Source of the DNA: Bacilli bacterium
GTDB taxonomy: Bacteria; Bacillota_I; Bacilli_A; RFN20; CAG-826
NCBI GenBank assembly: GCA_045222195.1
Contig: JBGUXN010000003.1
Span: 27,311-91,310 of the forward strand
Direction: 5' to 3'
Length of the DNA stretch: 64,000 nt
Part shown: positions 17,716 to 28,261 of the stretch, in pieces
Layout of the letters: each line of letters starts with the position of its first letter
Position numbering within the stretch: position 1 is the stretch's first letter
Made by a program: the position numbers and the translations under genes
Notes under the pieces: model-generated
What the model was told of the DNA's origin: nothing
Database searches by the model: none
What the model saw: the letters and a program-made list of their open reading frames with translations, nothing else

Positions 17716-19443
17716 TTATTTATATTGAGAAGAGTAAAGACTATAGTAGAAGCCTTGTTTATTCATTAATTCTTTATGATTACCAGTTTCCACGATTGCA
17801 CCATCTTTCATAACAATGATGATATCGGCTTTTTCAATCGTCGATAATCGATGCGCAATCACGATAGATGTCTTTTCTTTCATCATGTGATCAAAGGCAT
17901 CGGTAATTAATTTTTCACTACGCGTATCAATATTCGATGTCGCTTCATCTAAAATAACCATGTTTGGATTTAGTAACATCACTCTAGCTATAGCAATCAT
18001 CTGTCTTTGACCTTCAGATAAACCAGACTTATTAGATACTTTAGTTAAATACTTATCTGGTAATGTTTCAATGAAGATATCAGCGTGCGCTTTTCTAGCG
18101 GCCTTTATCGCCTCTTCTTCACTGGCATCTTGCTTATAATAACGAATGTTATCTAATATTGTTCCTGAATAAATCCAAGTGTCTTGAAGGACCATACCGA
18201 TATTGCTTCTTAAAGAAGCCTTATCGATTTCAAGGTATGATTTGTCGTTAATTAAGATTTCGCCGCTTAGAGGGTCGTAAAAACGCATTAAAAGGTTGAT
18301 TAATGTTGTTTTACCAGCGCCAGTAGGACCAACAATCGCGACTTTCTCACCTTTTTTGATTTTTAAGGAGAAATTCTCAATTAATTTTCTATTAATTTCA
18401 TAAGAGAAAGACATGTCTTTAAAGGTGATAGATTCAATGTCGTTGATTTTATCAACACCTTCATTAATATCGTTATTGATATTTAAGAAATCGTTAATTC
18501 TTCTAAAGGATGATTTAGCCGCTTCATATTCGTGAGCGACACCACTGATTTCATTAAATGGTTTAGTGTATTGATTAGTGTAACTTAAGAATGAAGAGAG
18601 TCTACCAATAGACATGACCGCAAATAAAGCGGCAAGTTTCGCATCATAGGCAAGCATGATAATACCCACTATACCAATGATAACGTAGATGGTATTATTC
18701 ACTAATCTTGTGCTTGGATTAACCCAAGAAGCGGAGAAGGATGCAACGACGCCTTCTTTCTTTAAGACTTCATTATCTTTATTGAAGGCTTCTAAAGAAG
18801 ATTCTTCATAGTTAAGAGATTGCACGATATCAATATTATTAAGTGTTTCTAAAGACACTGATGAGATACGTGCTTGTAATTCATTTTGTTTCTTATAGTG
18901 TTTACTTGAGAATCTAGACACAAATCTCGCCATTAACATCGATAACGGAGAAAGAACGATAACCCCTAAAGCGAGTATCCAGTTCACCATAAGCATCATG
19001 ATGATGGTAATAATGACAGTAAAGATACCTTGGATTAGTGTTTTAAATACAGCATATAGACCCGCAGCGTAGTTTTCCATATCTCTAATTTCGAGAAGTA
19101 ATAAGTCACCACGGTATTTATTATCAAAGTCCTTAAGAGCGATGTTATTGATCTTTTGATATATTTCATCTCTCGCTTTCTTAATGGCCTTTTGCGAGGA
19201 ATTCATCACTATGACTTCAAAGATATAGGCAGAGATAACGCCTAAGACCGCTAAACCTAAGGCGATAAAGACATAGATGTTAAATAGGTCTTGGTTATTA
19301 TCTTTAGAGGCATCAAGAGCTTTACCTAATAAGAATGGTTGAGAGATTTGCGCTATTACAAAGAGCAAAGCAAAGATCACCGCGATGATCAGCGCGCTTC
19401 TTAAAGGCTTGAGATATGTAAAAAGTCTTTGCTTCGCGGTCAT
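17716..19443 (-). CDS. ABC exporter, fused permease/ATPase (heterodimer partner 2)
   Basis: Six TM helices plus 'GPTGAGKTT', 'LSEGQRQ', 'ILDEATS'. I prefer the ATG at 19443 (MTAKQRL...), 1 nt after the upstream stop codon (19445-19447). The ORF track starts at 19539. Confidence 0.85.
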   Translation of the reverse strand: MTAKQRLFTYLKPLRSALIIAVIFALLFVIAQISQPFLLGKALDASKDNNQDLFNIYVFIALGLAVLGVISAYIFEVIVMNSSQKAIKKARDEIYQKINNIALKDFDNKYRGDLLLLEIRDMENYAAGLYAVFKTLIQGIFTVIITIIMMLMVNWILALGVIVLSPLSMLMARFVSRFSSKHYKKQNELQARISSVSLETLNNIDIVQSLNYEESSLEAFNKDNEVLKKEGVVASFSASWVNPSTRLVNNTIYVIIGIVGIIMLAYDAKLAALFAVMSIGRLSSFLSYTNQYTKPFNEISGVAHEYEAAKSSFRRINDFLNINNDINEGVDKINDIESITFKDMSFSYEINRKLIENFSLKIKKGEKVAIVGPTGAGKTTLINLLMRFYDPLSGEILINDKSYLEIDKASLRSNIGMVLQDTWIYSGTILDNIRYYKQDASEEEAIKAARKAHADIFIETLPDKYLTKVSNKSGLSEGQRQMIAIARVMLLNPNMVILDEATSNIDTRSEKLITDAFDHMMKEKTSIVIAHRLSTIEKADIIIVMKDGAIVETGNHKELMNKQGFYYSLYSSQYK

Positions 19444-19444
19444 A

Positions 19445-21250
19445 TTACTCCTTCTTAATTTGGGTTTGATAGATTTCTTGATAGATTGGGCAAGACTCAA
19501 GTAAGTCTTCATGTTTACCTTGTCCCACGACTTTGCCACCTTCTAATACGAGTATGTAATCAGCGTTTTGCACAGTGGCCACTCTTTGAGAGACGATAAC
19601 TTTAGTCATATCTTTAATAGATGAGACATAGTCTCTAATTTTTTTATCCGTTAAAAGGTCTAACGCACTTGTGGCGTCATCTAAGATTAATAATTCTGGA
19701 TTTCTCACTAAGGCGCGACCAATACAAAGTCTTTGTCTTTGACCACCAGAAAAGTTTAATCCACCTTCATTTACTTCGTGATTAATGGAATCTTCATATT
19801 TAGAAACAAATTCATATGCTTGGGCATTTTTTAATGCTTTAATGATGTCCTCGTCAGAGGCATTAGGATTGCTCATTAAGTAATTAGATTTAATTGTGCC
19901 TTTAAATAAAGATGACTTTTGATTAACTAAACCGATATCTTTTCTTAATAAAGCCATATCATATTCCCTTAATGGAATACCTTTATATAGGATGCTACCT
20001 TTAGAAACATCATAGAATCTTTCAATTAAGTTAATAACTGTGGATTTACCACTACCAGTACCACCGATAATCGCGAATGTTTCACCTTTTCTAATTTCAA
20101 AACATAGGTCATTTAAGAAATATCCGTCTTTAGATTCATCAAAGGAGAAATAGACATGATCAAACTTAATCACGGGTTCATTATCTTTAACTTCGTTTGA
20201 TTTAGGAGAATCGATATTAACAATAGATGGATTAAGTGTGAGTACACTATCAATACGCTTTCTAGAAACACTAGCTTTCACTATTTCAACAGCCACCATT
20301 GATAACTGTGTGACTACGAAGAATATTTGTGCTAGATATGACATCTCTGCGATCACTGTGGAAGCCACTAAAACGTTATTAGGGCCAAATAAGTCATTTT
20401 GTAAAAGAAGAATGATAACGATTAAAACAATTGATGTAATAGCGAATGTTAAAGGATTGATTAAAGCGTTCAATCCATTAACTTTAATGCTCTTATTTTG
20501 ATAAGACTCTGTTTTAGAAGAGAACTTAACGTATTCGCTTTCTTGATTATTAGAGGCTCTAACTACTCTTGCACCCTCAACAGTTTCACTAGTTTGATTA
20601 GAAATGTTATCTAATTCGGATTGAATATCAACATATCCTTTAGATGATTTTCTTAAGACTAAGAAGTTCACTAGTAAAATCATTGGTACAATCGCTAAGA
20701 AGGCTAAGCCCACTCTCCAATCAAGGATGAAGGAGATAATAAGTGAACCCACTAAGATGAATGGAGCGCGTACCACTAATCTAACGAAATATAAAACACC
20801 TAACTGTAATTGATAGGAATCACTGTTAATAATGGTCATTAGTTTAGCATTACTAATCTGCTCTCTTTCTTTTTTAGAGAGTTTTAAGATCTTTTCAAAT
20901 AAAGAACTTCTTACTTCTGTACCAACATTAACGGATGCTTTCGCCGCTAAATATTGGCTGACCATGGTAATAGCAAAACCAACAATACCCATTACTAAAA
21001 TGATGACACCACCAGTAATAGCGTCGCTTAGTCCAGTACCTGTTGGATTAATTAATCTAATAAAAGCCGCTAAAGAGGAGGATATAACATTAGGTATATC
21101 ACTAGGGGTGCTATATTGACTCAAATCAATAATGGCTTTCATGAATAGGGGTATTAATAAATCAAATATCGCTTCAATGATCTTTAAGAAAGGTCCTAAA
21201 GCAATAATGAGGATGTGATGTTTATATGATTCAGATACTTTACTTATCAT
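19445..21250 (-). CDS. ABC exporter, fused permease/ATPase (heterodimer partner 1)
   Basis: 'GGTGSGKST', 'FSGGQRQR', 'ILDDATSALD'. Confidence 0.85.
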   Translation of the reverse strand: MISKVSESYKHHILIIALGPFLKIIEAIFDLLIPLFMKAIIDLSQYSTPSDIPNVISSSLAAFIRLINPTGTGLSDAITGGVIILVMGIVGFAITMVSQYLAAKASVNVGTEVRSSLFEKILKLSKKEREQISNAKLMTIINSDSYQLQLGVLYFVRLVVRAPFILVGSLIISFILDWRVGLAFLAIVPMILLVNFLVLRKSSKGYVDIQSELDNISNQTSETVEGARVVRASNNQESEYVKFSSKTESYQNKSIKVNGLNALINPLTFAITSIVLIVIILLLQNDLFGPNNVLVASTVIAEMSYLAQIFFVVTQLSMVAVEIVKASVSRKRIDSVLTLNPSIVNIDSPKSNEVKDNEPVIKFDHVYFSFDESKDGYFLNDLCFEIRKGETFAIIGGTGSGKSTVINLIERFYDVSKGSILYKGIPLREYDMALLRKDIGLVNQKSSLFKGTIKSNYLMSNPNASDEDIIKALKNAQAYEFVSKYEDSINHEVNEGGLNFSGGQRQRLCIGRALVRNPELLILDDATSALDLLTDKKIRDYVSSIKDMTKVIVSQRVATVQNADYILVLEGGKVVGQGKHEDLLESCPIYQEIYQTQIKKE

Positions 21251-21345
21251 GCATTTAATATAATATCACATTCATATCTTTTGTTTTAAATAAATCAAAG
21301 ACATGAATGAAGTACACTATTGCACGTACGATAGTTTTTTAAGGC

Positions 21346-21369
21346 AAAAAGAAAAGCGCAAAACTGCGC
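21346..21369 (-). terminator. intrinsic terminator after the LRR lipoprotein gene
   Basis: Minus strand: GCGCA-GUUU-UGCGC followed by UUUUCUUUUU. Confidence 0.7.
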
Positions 21370-21396
21370 TTAACTTTTATTGTTTAATGAATGTTA

Positions 21397-24354
21397 TTAG
21401 AGAGAGATTGTACCATCTGAACATTTAACAGAGGTAAGGCTTGGACAAGATGATTTCCAATTGCTTGGCTTACTCATAGCGTTCCATTGGTCTTTTGTGC
21501 CGTTATACTTAAGTTGGGCAAGTGATTCACAATCCTCAAACACACTAGCGCCAATCTTGGTCACTGAAGCAGGGAAAGTAAGGTCATCTAAGACTGAACA
21601 ACCCCAGAATGCTTGACTCTTAATTTCTGTGACACCATCTGGAATGACAACATGATTGAGTTTTCTGCATAAGTAGAATGTCATGCTATCAATAACAGTG
21701 ATTTTATTTGTTAAGAAAGTAACGCTTTCTAAATCAACACAAGATGTGAAGCACTGTTTTCCAAAAGTCTCAACGCCACTACCGATGACAATGCTGGTCA
21801 AAGCGTCGCAATGAGCGAAAGCAAATTCACCAATAGAAGTGACGCTATTTGGAATGACGAAATCACCTAGGTTATCCGCATAGTAGAAACCTTTGTTGCT
21901 AATTGTGGTCACGCTATCATCAATAGTGATGACACAAGAACAATGATAGAAGGCTTCTGCATCAATGGTTGTGACACCAGAAAGAGTAATTCTTTCAAGA
22001 CTATTCATATTCATGAATGAATGGTAGAAAACGGTTCCGCCTGTCACGGTCACTGTTTTTAATGTTTTTGGGAAATAATAGGTATCTGTAGAACCTGTTT
22101 TTGGTGACATGCTAGCACCATAGGTGATGCTGGTACCATAAGTAGTTGTATTAAATACACTGCCTAATAATGTACTAGCTGTGCCACTTGTAGCGGATTT
22201 ATCGCTGCCGACGAAAGGAACTGTCAAATTAACTAAAGCATTAGCACCCGCTAAACCATGTGCGGCAATTGCTTCCACATCATTGGTAATAACGATATCG
22301 GTTAAGGCAGTATTTTCGAATGCTTTTTCACAAATTGCACCACCAGTAGCGGTCACAGAAGTAAGGCTAGAAGGAATATAGTATGTGCTGCTACCTTGTT
22401 GAACAGGTGCGCAGCCATCTAATTCGGCTTGGCCAAATAAGGTACCTAAAACGCCATACATTGGAACTGAAAGAGTGGTTAATGCTTTACAGCCTTCAAA
22501 GAGACTCCAACCAAGTTCTAATACTTTGTTATTGGCTAAATCATTAGAAGCATAGAAACTCACTAAGGAATGGCAGTTTTTGAAAGCATAGTTACTAATT
22601 TTAGTAACACTAGCAGGAATAACCATCGCTGTAATACCAGAGCGTTCAAAGGCATATTGACCAATTTCAGTAACGTTATTAAGGTTCACAGCTGTGATCT
22701 TTCCACAGCGGTTGAATGCACCATAAGCGATTTGACCACCATTGACGTTGACGGTTTTTAAACTATCTGGAATATAAGCGACTTTACTATAGTAACTATT
22801 ATAAGGTTGATCTGTGGCAGTTAAGCCTGTACCTGAAGATGTACCAAAGAAATAACCAAATAAGGCATCAGTGCCAGTGGAATCAATCTTTTGTCCCACG
22901 AATGGCACGGTTAATTCTTGTAAGGAAGTCATATTAGCGAATGCTTCTTCACTAATTTTAGTAACACTACTAGGAATAACTAATTTTGTGATGTTTTTAT
23001 GATCAGCAAAAGCTTGTTCTCCAATACGGGTGACTGGTTGGCCATCAAAGAATGCATCAGGAACAGTAATTGCACCAGCATAGTTTTTATTAACTAAGCC
23101 TCTACATTGCCAGCCATCATCATATTCTAAGTCCATAATGAAGATGGATTCATAATATTGCGCAGTATAAGTGACATCTGCGGTGACTGGGGCTAATGCT
23201 TTGTCCCAACCGGAGAAATAATACTCTTTATCCTCGCTATCTGGTCTACTTGGTTCAAGGTTACCATAATCAGGCATTGTGCCTCTAGCAACGTTTTCAT
23301 CCACTCTTAAGACATCACCGTTATAGTCTTTCCAAGTAACGGTAAAGAAGGATGGAGCCATTTTGACCGCCATTAATCTAAATGTTTGAGGATAGTTATT
23401 GTCATAACCAATATAGAAATGATTGGTTGGATCAATATAGACTGTTTGTCCACTAATAATTGTTGTATCAGGAGTAAAGCTACCTAATTTACTACTAACA
23501 TAGTTAGAGAATACAGTTTTACCTTCATTTAAAGACATGCCATTACAAGCAATTTTGAGAGTATCACCAGCGCTATTTAAGGATGCAGTAAAGCTTGTGA
23601 TTCTTTCATCCGCAAATGGAGGGAATGAATTTTCTTGAGCACCCCAGGCAGTGACTGCTGCATTCACAACGTTTGTTGGCCAAACTGCTGGTTCTGGAGG
23701 AGTGGTTTCAATAAATTTTGCAGTATAGATAGCATCAGAATACGCTGGAACTGGAGTTGGATCCCAACCATCAAATGCATAATATTTACCACCACTAGAT
23801 GGTTTTCTTGGTGTATCACCAGCATATTCAGGGGTCGCACCTTCACCACAGGTTGAAGTATAGAAGGTGGTACCGTCATAGTTTTTCCAAGTAATTCTAT
23901 AAATATGAGCAGGAGTACTTGATTCAGTGAATGTCGCTACGTATGTAGCATCCGCAGTGGCAGGAACGACAGTTGGTGTCCAACCAGAGAAAATATAGTA
24001 TTTAGCGGCATAGTTAGGATCACAAGGATGTCTTGGTGTTTCATAGTCATAAGAAGGCATTGTTCCTTCTGGGACGTTGTAATCAATTTCTAAAATACTA
24101 TCATCGTAGTTTTTCCAAGTAATGGTATATGTTTTTTGTTCTGCACTTGTAATTGGTTCTTCACTGCTACTACTCACTGGTGGAACTGTCGGATTTGGTG
24201 TATCAGAAGAAGATTCCACTGGTGGATTTGGTGTATCAGAAGATTCCACTGATGGATTATCTGAACTAGATGAACGAGAGACGTGTCTAGAGCAGCCACA
24301 GCTGACTAAAATCATCGATATAGCGGTTAAAAGGATAATTCCTTTGCTTTTCAT
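21397..24354 (-). CDS. large surface lipoprotein with InlB-B-type repeats and BspA-type leucine-rich repeats
   Basis: Lipobox 'ILVSCG'. S/P-rich linker. Three 'Y.ITWKNYDG...F.GW' repeats. Long array of '.IP.SVT.IG..AF..C..L' LRRs. Confidence 0.7.
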   Translation of the reverse strand: MKSKGIILLTAISMILVSCGCSRHVSRSSSSDNPSVESSDTPNPPVESSSDTPNPTVPPVSSSSEEPITSAEQKTYTITWKNYDDSILEIDYNVPEGTMPSYDYETPRHPCDPNYAAKYYIFSGWTPTVVPATADATYVATFTESSTPAHIYRITWKNYDGTTFYTSTCGEGATPEYAGDTPRKPSSGGKYYAFDGWDPTPVPAYSDAIYTAKFIETTPPEPAVWPTNVVNAAVTAWGAQENSFPPFADERITSFTASLNSAGDTLKIACNGMSLNEGKTVFSNYVSSKLGSFTPDTTIISGQTVYIDPTNHFYIGYDNNYPQTFRLMAVKMAPSFFTVTWKDYNGDVLRVDENVARGTMPDYGNLEPSRPDSEDKEYYFSGWDKALAPVTADVTYTAQYYESIFIMDLEYDDGWQCRGLVNKNYAGAITVPDAFFDGQPVTRIGEQAFADHKNITKLVIPSSVTKISEEAFANMTSLQELTVPFVGQKIDSTGTDALFGYFFGTSSGTGLTATDQPYNSYYSKVAYIPDSLKTVNVNGGQIAYGAFNRCGKITAVNLNNVTEIGQYAFERSGITAMVIPASVTKISNYAFKNCHSLVSFYASNDLANNKVLELGWSLFEGCKALTTLSVPMYGVLGTLFGQAELDGCAPVQQGSSTYYIPSSLTSVTATGGAICEKAFENTALTDIVITNDVEAIAAHGLAGANALVNLTVPFVGSDKSATSGTASTLLGSVFNTTTYGTSITYGASMSPKTGSTDTYYFPKTLKTVTVTGGTVFYHSFMNMNSLERITLSGVTTIDAEAFYHCSCVITIDDSVTTISNKGFYYADNLGDFVIPNSVTSIGEFAFAHCDALTSIVIGSGVETFGKQCFTSCVDLESVTFLTNKITVIDSMTFYLCRKLNHVVIPDGVTEIKSQAFWGCSVLDDLTFPASVTKIGASVFEDCESLAQLKYNGTKDQWNAMSKPSNWKSSCPSLTSVKCSDGTISL

Positions 24355-24544
24355 ATCATTATTACCTCCGGCGTATATATTATTTTATAATGCGCAACAC
24401 GTATAACCGAAAAACACATGACAAATATTTGAAATATGATACAAATATGTAACAATTAACTCTAAATGTAAATTGTTAGAAGACCACTATATGATATAAT
24501 GATGCGGTCGGTGATTTGCTGAAACAGTGCTACGATCCGACTTT

Positions 24545-25018
24545 TTATTTCTTCTTTTTCTTGTGTTTTTGATGCCTCTTTGGTTTAATGTTTGTGCCGG
24601 GGCAATTATTATTCACGACATTTGTCTGTGATCGACCGGCTTTTTTCTTGCTCTCTTTATCACTATTTGTTTTAATATCCTTGCTGGATTCGTAATCAAG
24701 TGCGACGATTGTCTGCAGGTTTCCAGCTTTTTTAATGTCCGGATACGAAATATCAAAATTAGGTTTAGCATCTAGTTTAAAAGGACTGAAACGAGTCTTT
24801 TTGTCTCTTTCTTCTTTTTTGACAATATAAGTTGGTTCGTCGCCTCCCATTACCAAAGGGTTCTCCTTTTTCCAATTCTTTTTGCCTCCTGATGTTTTTG
24901 AGTGCGTGACACGATGAAATACATATTTGTTGCCTTCTTCGTCCACTATATAGGCTGGATGGTTATTTCGAAAATAGATTCTGAAATGTCTGACGAATGT
25001 CTTTTTGTGTTTGGCCAT
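24545..25018 (-). CDS. highly basic hypothetical protein (157 aa, Lys-rich tail)
   Basis: AGGAGG RBS. Isolated single gene between two lipoprotein genes. No recognisable domain. Confidence 0.5.
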   Translation of the reverse strand: MAKHKKTFVRHFRIYFRNNHPAYIVDEEGNKYVFHRVTHSKTSGGKKNWKKENPLVMGGDEPTYIVKKEERDKKTRFSPFKLDAKPNFDISYPDIKKAGNLQTIVALDYESSKDIKTNSDKESKKKAGRSQTNVVNNNCPGTNIKPKRHQKHKKKKK

Positions 25019-25100
25019 AAAAAAGACCTCCTACTTTACCAATAGGAAGACTTTTTGAAAAATGGTTAATATTTTTTATTTTTTGAACTTTTTTGTTTAA

Positions 25101-27380
25101 TTAACGCCACACTACTTCAATAGAAGTAAGGTATAAAGCGTTATCATGGCTTCTAAAGCCGATATAAGAATAATCTTCAGTGAATGTATAGGTGAACGTG
25201 GTTTCTCCACCTTCTGTGTAAGAAACACTACCAACATCATTCATTGATGATCCATACATATCAGCGATTTCAAATTCTTCGTTTGAACCATAGATATCAA
25301 TTACTCTTGTTTGATATGTATTTGTGTCAAAAGTGAAGGTAATGGATTCGCAGTGTCTACCATCCATATGACCAATGATACCAGAGTTATTGTTTTTACT
25401 TCTTAATTGGATACCGTGTCCTGCGGCACATTGTGCTTCATAGGAACCACCTTCAACGGTTTTTGTATAGGTAGCGTATTGATTATAGCCATCTTTTAAA
25501 CCAAAGAATGCTTGATTTAAGGTGTGAGTAACTGTAGCGGCAGCAATTTTAACATATACGGAACAAAGCATTACATTTGCTCCTGAACCATAGGAAATTG
25601 TTATAGTACCAGTTGTGCCTGGAACAGCGGTCTCGTCCGCCCAGACTTTGCCATCTTGATCAACGTGAAGGCCTTCGCCTGCTTCGACTTCAAATCTAAA
25701 TTGTTCAGTTGGAGTGGCTCCATAAGGAGAAACGCCATATTCCATTTGAACTTTTTCGCCACCCGGAATAACAGTAAGTTCGACACCATAAACATCATCA
25801 ACAACGTCTTCTCTGATTTCAAATTGACATTTGGCAGTTAAGCCAGTTGAAGATGTTGCAGTAATGGTCACCACTTTCATAGCGGTCGCATTTGGATTAA
25901 TGGTCACTAAACCATTTTGATCAACCGTGGCTAATGATTCATCATCGGATGACCAAGTTACTCTGGCAAATGATCCTTCTGGAAGGCATTTATAGGATAG
26001 CTGCCAAGAATTACCTTTCACGATGTAGACATAAGAAGCGCTCATGCGAATGCTTGTCGCTGGTTCTAATTTAGAATCTTCAAAGTAGATTTCTAAGTAG
26101 TTACCGTCATAGTAATCAAGGAAGATTTCAATATAGGCAGTACCATTATCTAAGACATAGCAATCACTATCATAGGAAGTGGAATCTTTCTTAAAGCCAT
26201 TGGCTAATAAGATAGCAATATATTCATCCGCTAAGGATTCATAGTATGAATCTTGTAAGACTAAGAGACTCCAATCTTCATCGGAATCATCAAAGACTTC
26301 ATAGTCACTACCGAAGGCCATGAATGGTAAGAGTTCACCTAAACACTCTGTCATTAAGAGTTGTTCTTGATCTGTCCAACCAGTATTAGTGGTCTTCTTA
26401 TCAGTTTTAACGTCACTAAACTTATTAAAGACAACAATTGTATTGTTATCATCATCAGTGTAAACACTAATGAAAACTTTATGAGCGGCATCATACGCTG
26501 AAGCTGTGTAATATGTATATTCCACGACTTCATAGTTATCCCAGTCAATTGTTTCACCAGTATTTTCCACTAGTTCAACTGTAAAACCAGCAGCTGTTAA
26601 CTTATTAGCGTAAGCTTCTACTTGATCACCTTCTAAAACGAGATAGAAAGTATCTGGATAAATACCTTCCGCATCTTCATGAGCAGGAGAAAAGAGATTT
26701 GGATAAACATCAGCGACTGGGTCTGGAATATTGATATTTAAATCTAAAGCGGTATTGATTTCATTCTTTGGGAAATAATCACTAGCGGTTAAATTAGAGA
26801 AATTGACATAGTCTACATACCAAGATGTATCGACATCACTGACATCTAAGACACCTGCTTCACCATCATATCTATATAAAGAAATAACAGAATAACCACC
26901 ATCACCGAAATATTCTAAATAGACATTAACAGAACCAGTTGAGGAATCACCCCATATGTAACCATAGTCTTCAATAGTGTAATCTTCATCGTCATTTAAT
27001 GAAGTAAGACCACTTTCGCCTGGTAACTTACTATTTAAATAATCAACAGCGGCTTCATCTTCCACCTCGATAGCGATGAAATAGGCACTATAGGCGTAAT
27101 AATAAAGGACATCATAAGCGATTTTACTTTCATAGCCTTTTAATGAAGGCATAGTCACAGATGTACCGTGTAAGAATTCTTCAATGACTTCATCGATACC
27201 ATCTACTGGTAAATCCGCACCAGAATCATCAGAGGAATCGCTATTGCTACTAATTTGAGAATCACTGTTATCGTAAGCGTTACCGGATGAAGATAAACTA
27301 GGAGTGCTTGGTTTTTGACACGCTGTTACTAAGGCTAATGAGAGTAATAACGCGGTAATTTTTGTTATTCTATTTTTCAT
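25101..27380 (-). CDS. surface lipoprotein with Big_2-like Ig domain
   Basis: Lipobox 'LVTAC'. 'VTWSSDDESLATVDQNGLVT' Big_2-type segment. Confidence 0.6.
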   Translation of the reverse strand: MKNRITKITALLLSLALVTACQKPSTPSLSSSGNAYDNSDSQISSNSDSSDDSGADLPVDGIDEVIEEFLHGTSVTMPSLKGYESKIAYDVLYYYAYSAYFIAIEVEDEAAVDYLNSKLPGESGLTSLNDDEDYTIEDYGYIWGDSSTGSVNVYLEYFGDGGYSVISLYRYDGEAGVLDVSDVDTSWYVDYVNFSNLTASDYFPKNEINTALDLNINIPDPVADVYPNLFSPAHEDAEGIYPDTFYLVLEGDQVEAYANKLTAAGFTVELVENTGETIDWDNYEVVEYTYYTASAYDAAHKVFISVYTDDDNNTIVVFNKFSDVKTDKKTTNTGWTDQEQLLMTECLGELLPFMAFGSDYEVFDDSDEDWSLLVLQDSYYESLADEYIAILLANGFKKDSTSYDSDCYVLDNGTAYIEIFLDYYDGNYLEIYFEDSKLEPATSIRMSASYVYIVKGNSWQLSYKCLPEGSFARVTWSSDDESLATVDQNGLVTINPNATAMKVVTITATSSTGLTAKCQFEIREDVVDDVYGVELTVIPGGEKVQMEYGVSPYGATPTEQFRFEVEAGEGLHVDQDGKVWADETAVPGTTGTITISYGSGANVMLCSVYVKIAAATVTHTLNQAFFGLKDGYNQYATYTKTVEGGSYEAQCAAGHGIQLRSKNNNSGIIGHMDGRHCESITFTFDTNTYQTRVIDIYGSNEEFEIADMYGSSMNDVGSVSYTEGGETTFTYTFTEDYSYIGFRSHDNALYLTSIEVVWR

Positions 27381-27457
27381 AAGGTTTGTCTCCTTTTAAG
27401 ACGTTATTATAATCTCAATGTATTTGAATATCAAATAGATACGCTATAATACTATCA

Positions 27458-28261
27458 ATGAATAACGATAAGTTTGTATTATTAACGGGGGCTAATGGAG
27501 GAATTGGTAAAGTCACTCTAGAAGCTTTAATCAAAGAAGGATATCAAGTCATTTCTTTAGATATTAACGATACAAATATCAAAGACTTAGATACCTATTT
27601 TATTAAGTGTGATGTCTCTAAAAGAGAAGATATTGAAACCGCTTTTAATTTGGTTAAAGAAAAGACCAATAGTTTATATGCAATTATTAACACTATAGGT
27701 ATTTTTAAAATGGAATCTTTAGTGGAGGGTAAAGAAGAAGACTTTAAAAAGATATTTGATGTTAACTTCTTTGGTATCTATTTGTTAAATAAAATCATGT
27801 TTCCTTTATTAAGTAAGGGAAGTAGGATTATTAATCTCACTAGTGAAGTAGCAAGATATTCTCCTCAACCATTTCAAGCCTACTATAACTTAACTAAAGT
27901 AACTCTAGATAGTTATACAGATGCTTTAAGAAGAGAATGTAATTACTTAGGTATTAAAGTGATTAAAGTTCAAAGTGGTTCTATGTCCACTCCTTTACTT
28001 AAGGATGCCTCTAATAACTTTGACACAATGGTTAATGAATCAAAACACTTTGAAAAACCATTAAAGAAATTTAAATATATGATGGATCGAGAACTCAAGA
28101 AGACTAATGATCCTAAAATACTATCTAAGTTATTAATTAAGATTCTTAAAAAGAAGAATCCACGTATTAGATATCGTAAAAAGAATTCTTTTGCGTTATG
28201 GTTCATGGGTCACTTACCAGAGAAGTGGCAAGATAATATCTATAAGAGTGTCATTAAATAA
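27458..28261 (+). CDS. short-chain dehydrogenase/reductase (SDR)
   Basis: 'TGANGGIGK' cofactor motif and 'YNLTK' (YxxxK). Confidence 0.8.
   Translation: MNNDKFVLLTGANGGIGKVTLEALIKEGYQVISLDINDTNIKDLDTYFIKCDVSKREDIETAFNLVKEKTNSLYAIINTIGIFKMESLVEGKEEDFKKIFDVNFFGIYLLNKIMFPLLSKGSRIINLTSEVARYSPQPFQAYYNLTKVTLDSYTDALRRECNYLGIKVIKVQSGSMSTPLLKDASNNFDTMVNESKHFEKPLKKFKYMMDRELKKTNDPKILSKLLIKILKKKNPRIRYRKKNSFALWFMGHLPEKWQDNIYKSVIK

Noticed and set aside
24191-24253. In-frame 33/30-nt tandem duplication (SSDTPNP...VESS) in the linker of the LRR lipoprotein.
   Set aside because: An ordinary low-complexity linker duplication just after the lipobox. It is not an independent feature.
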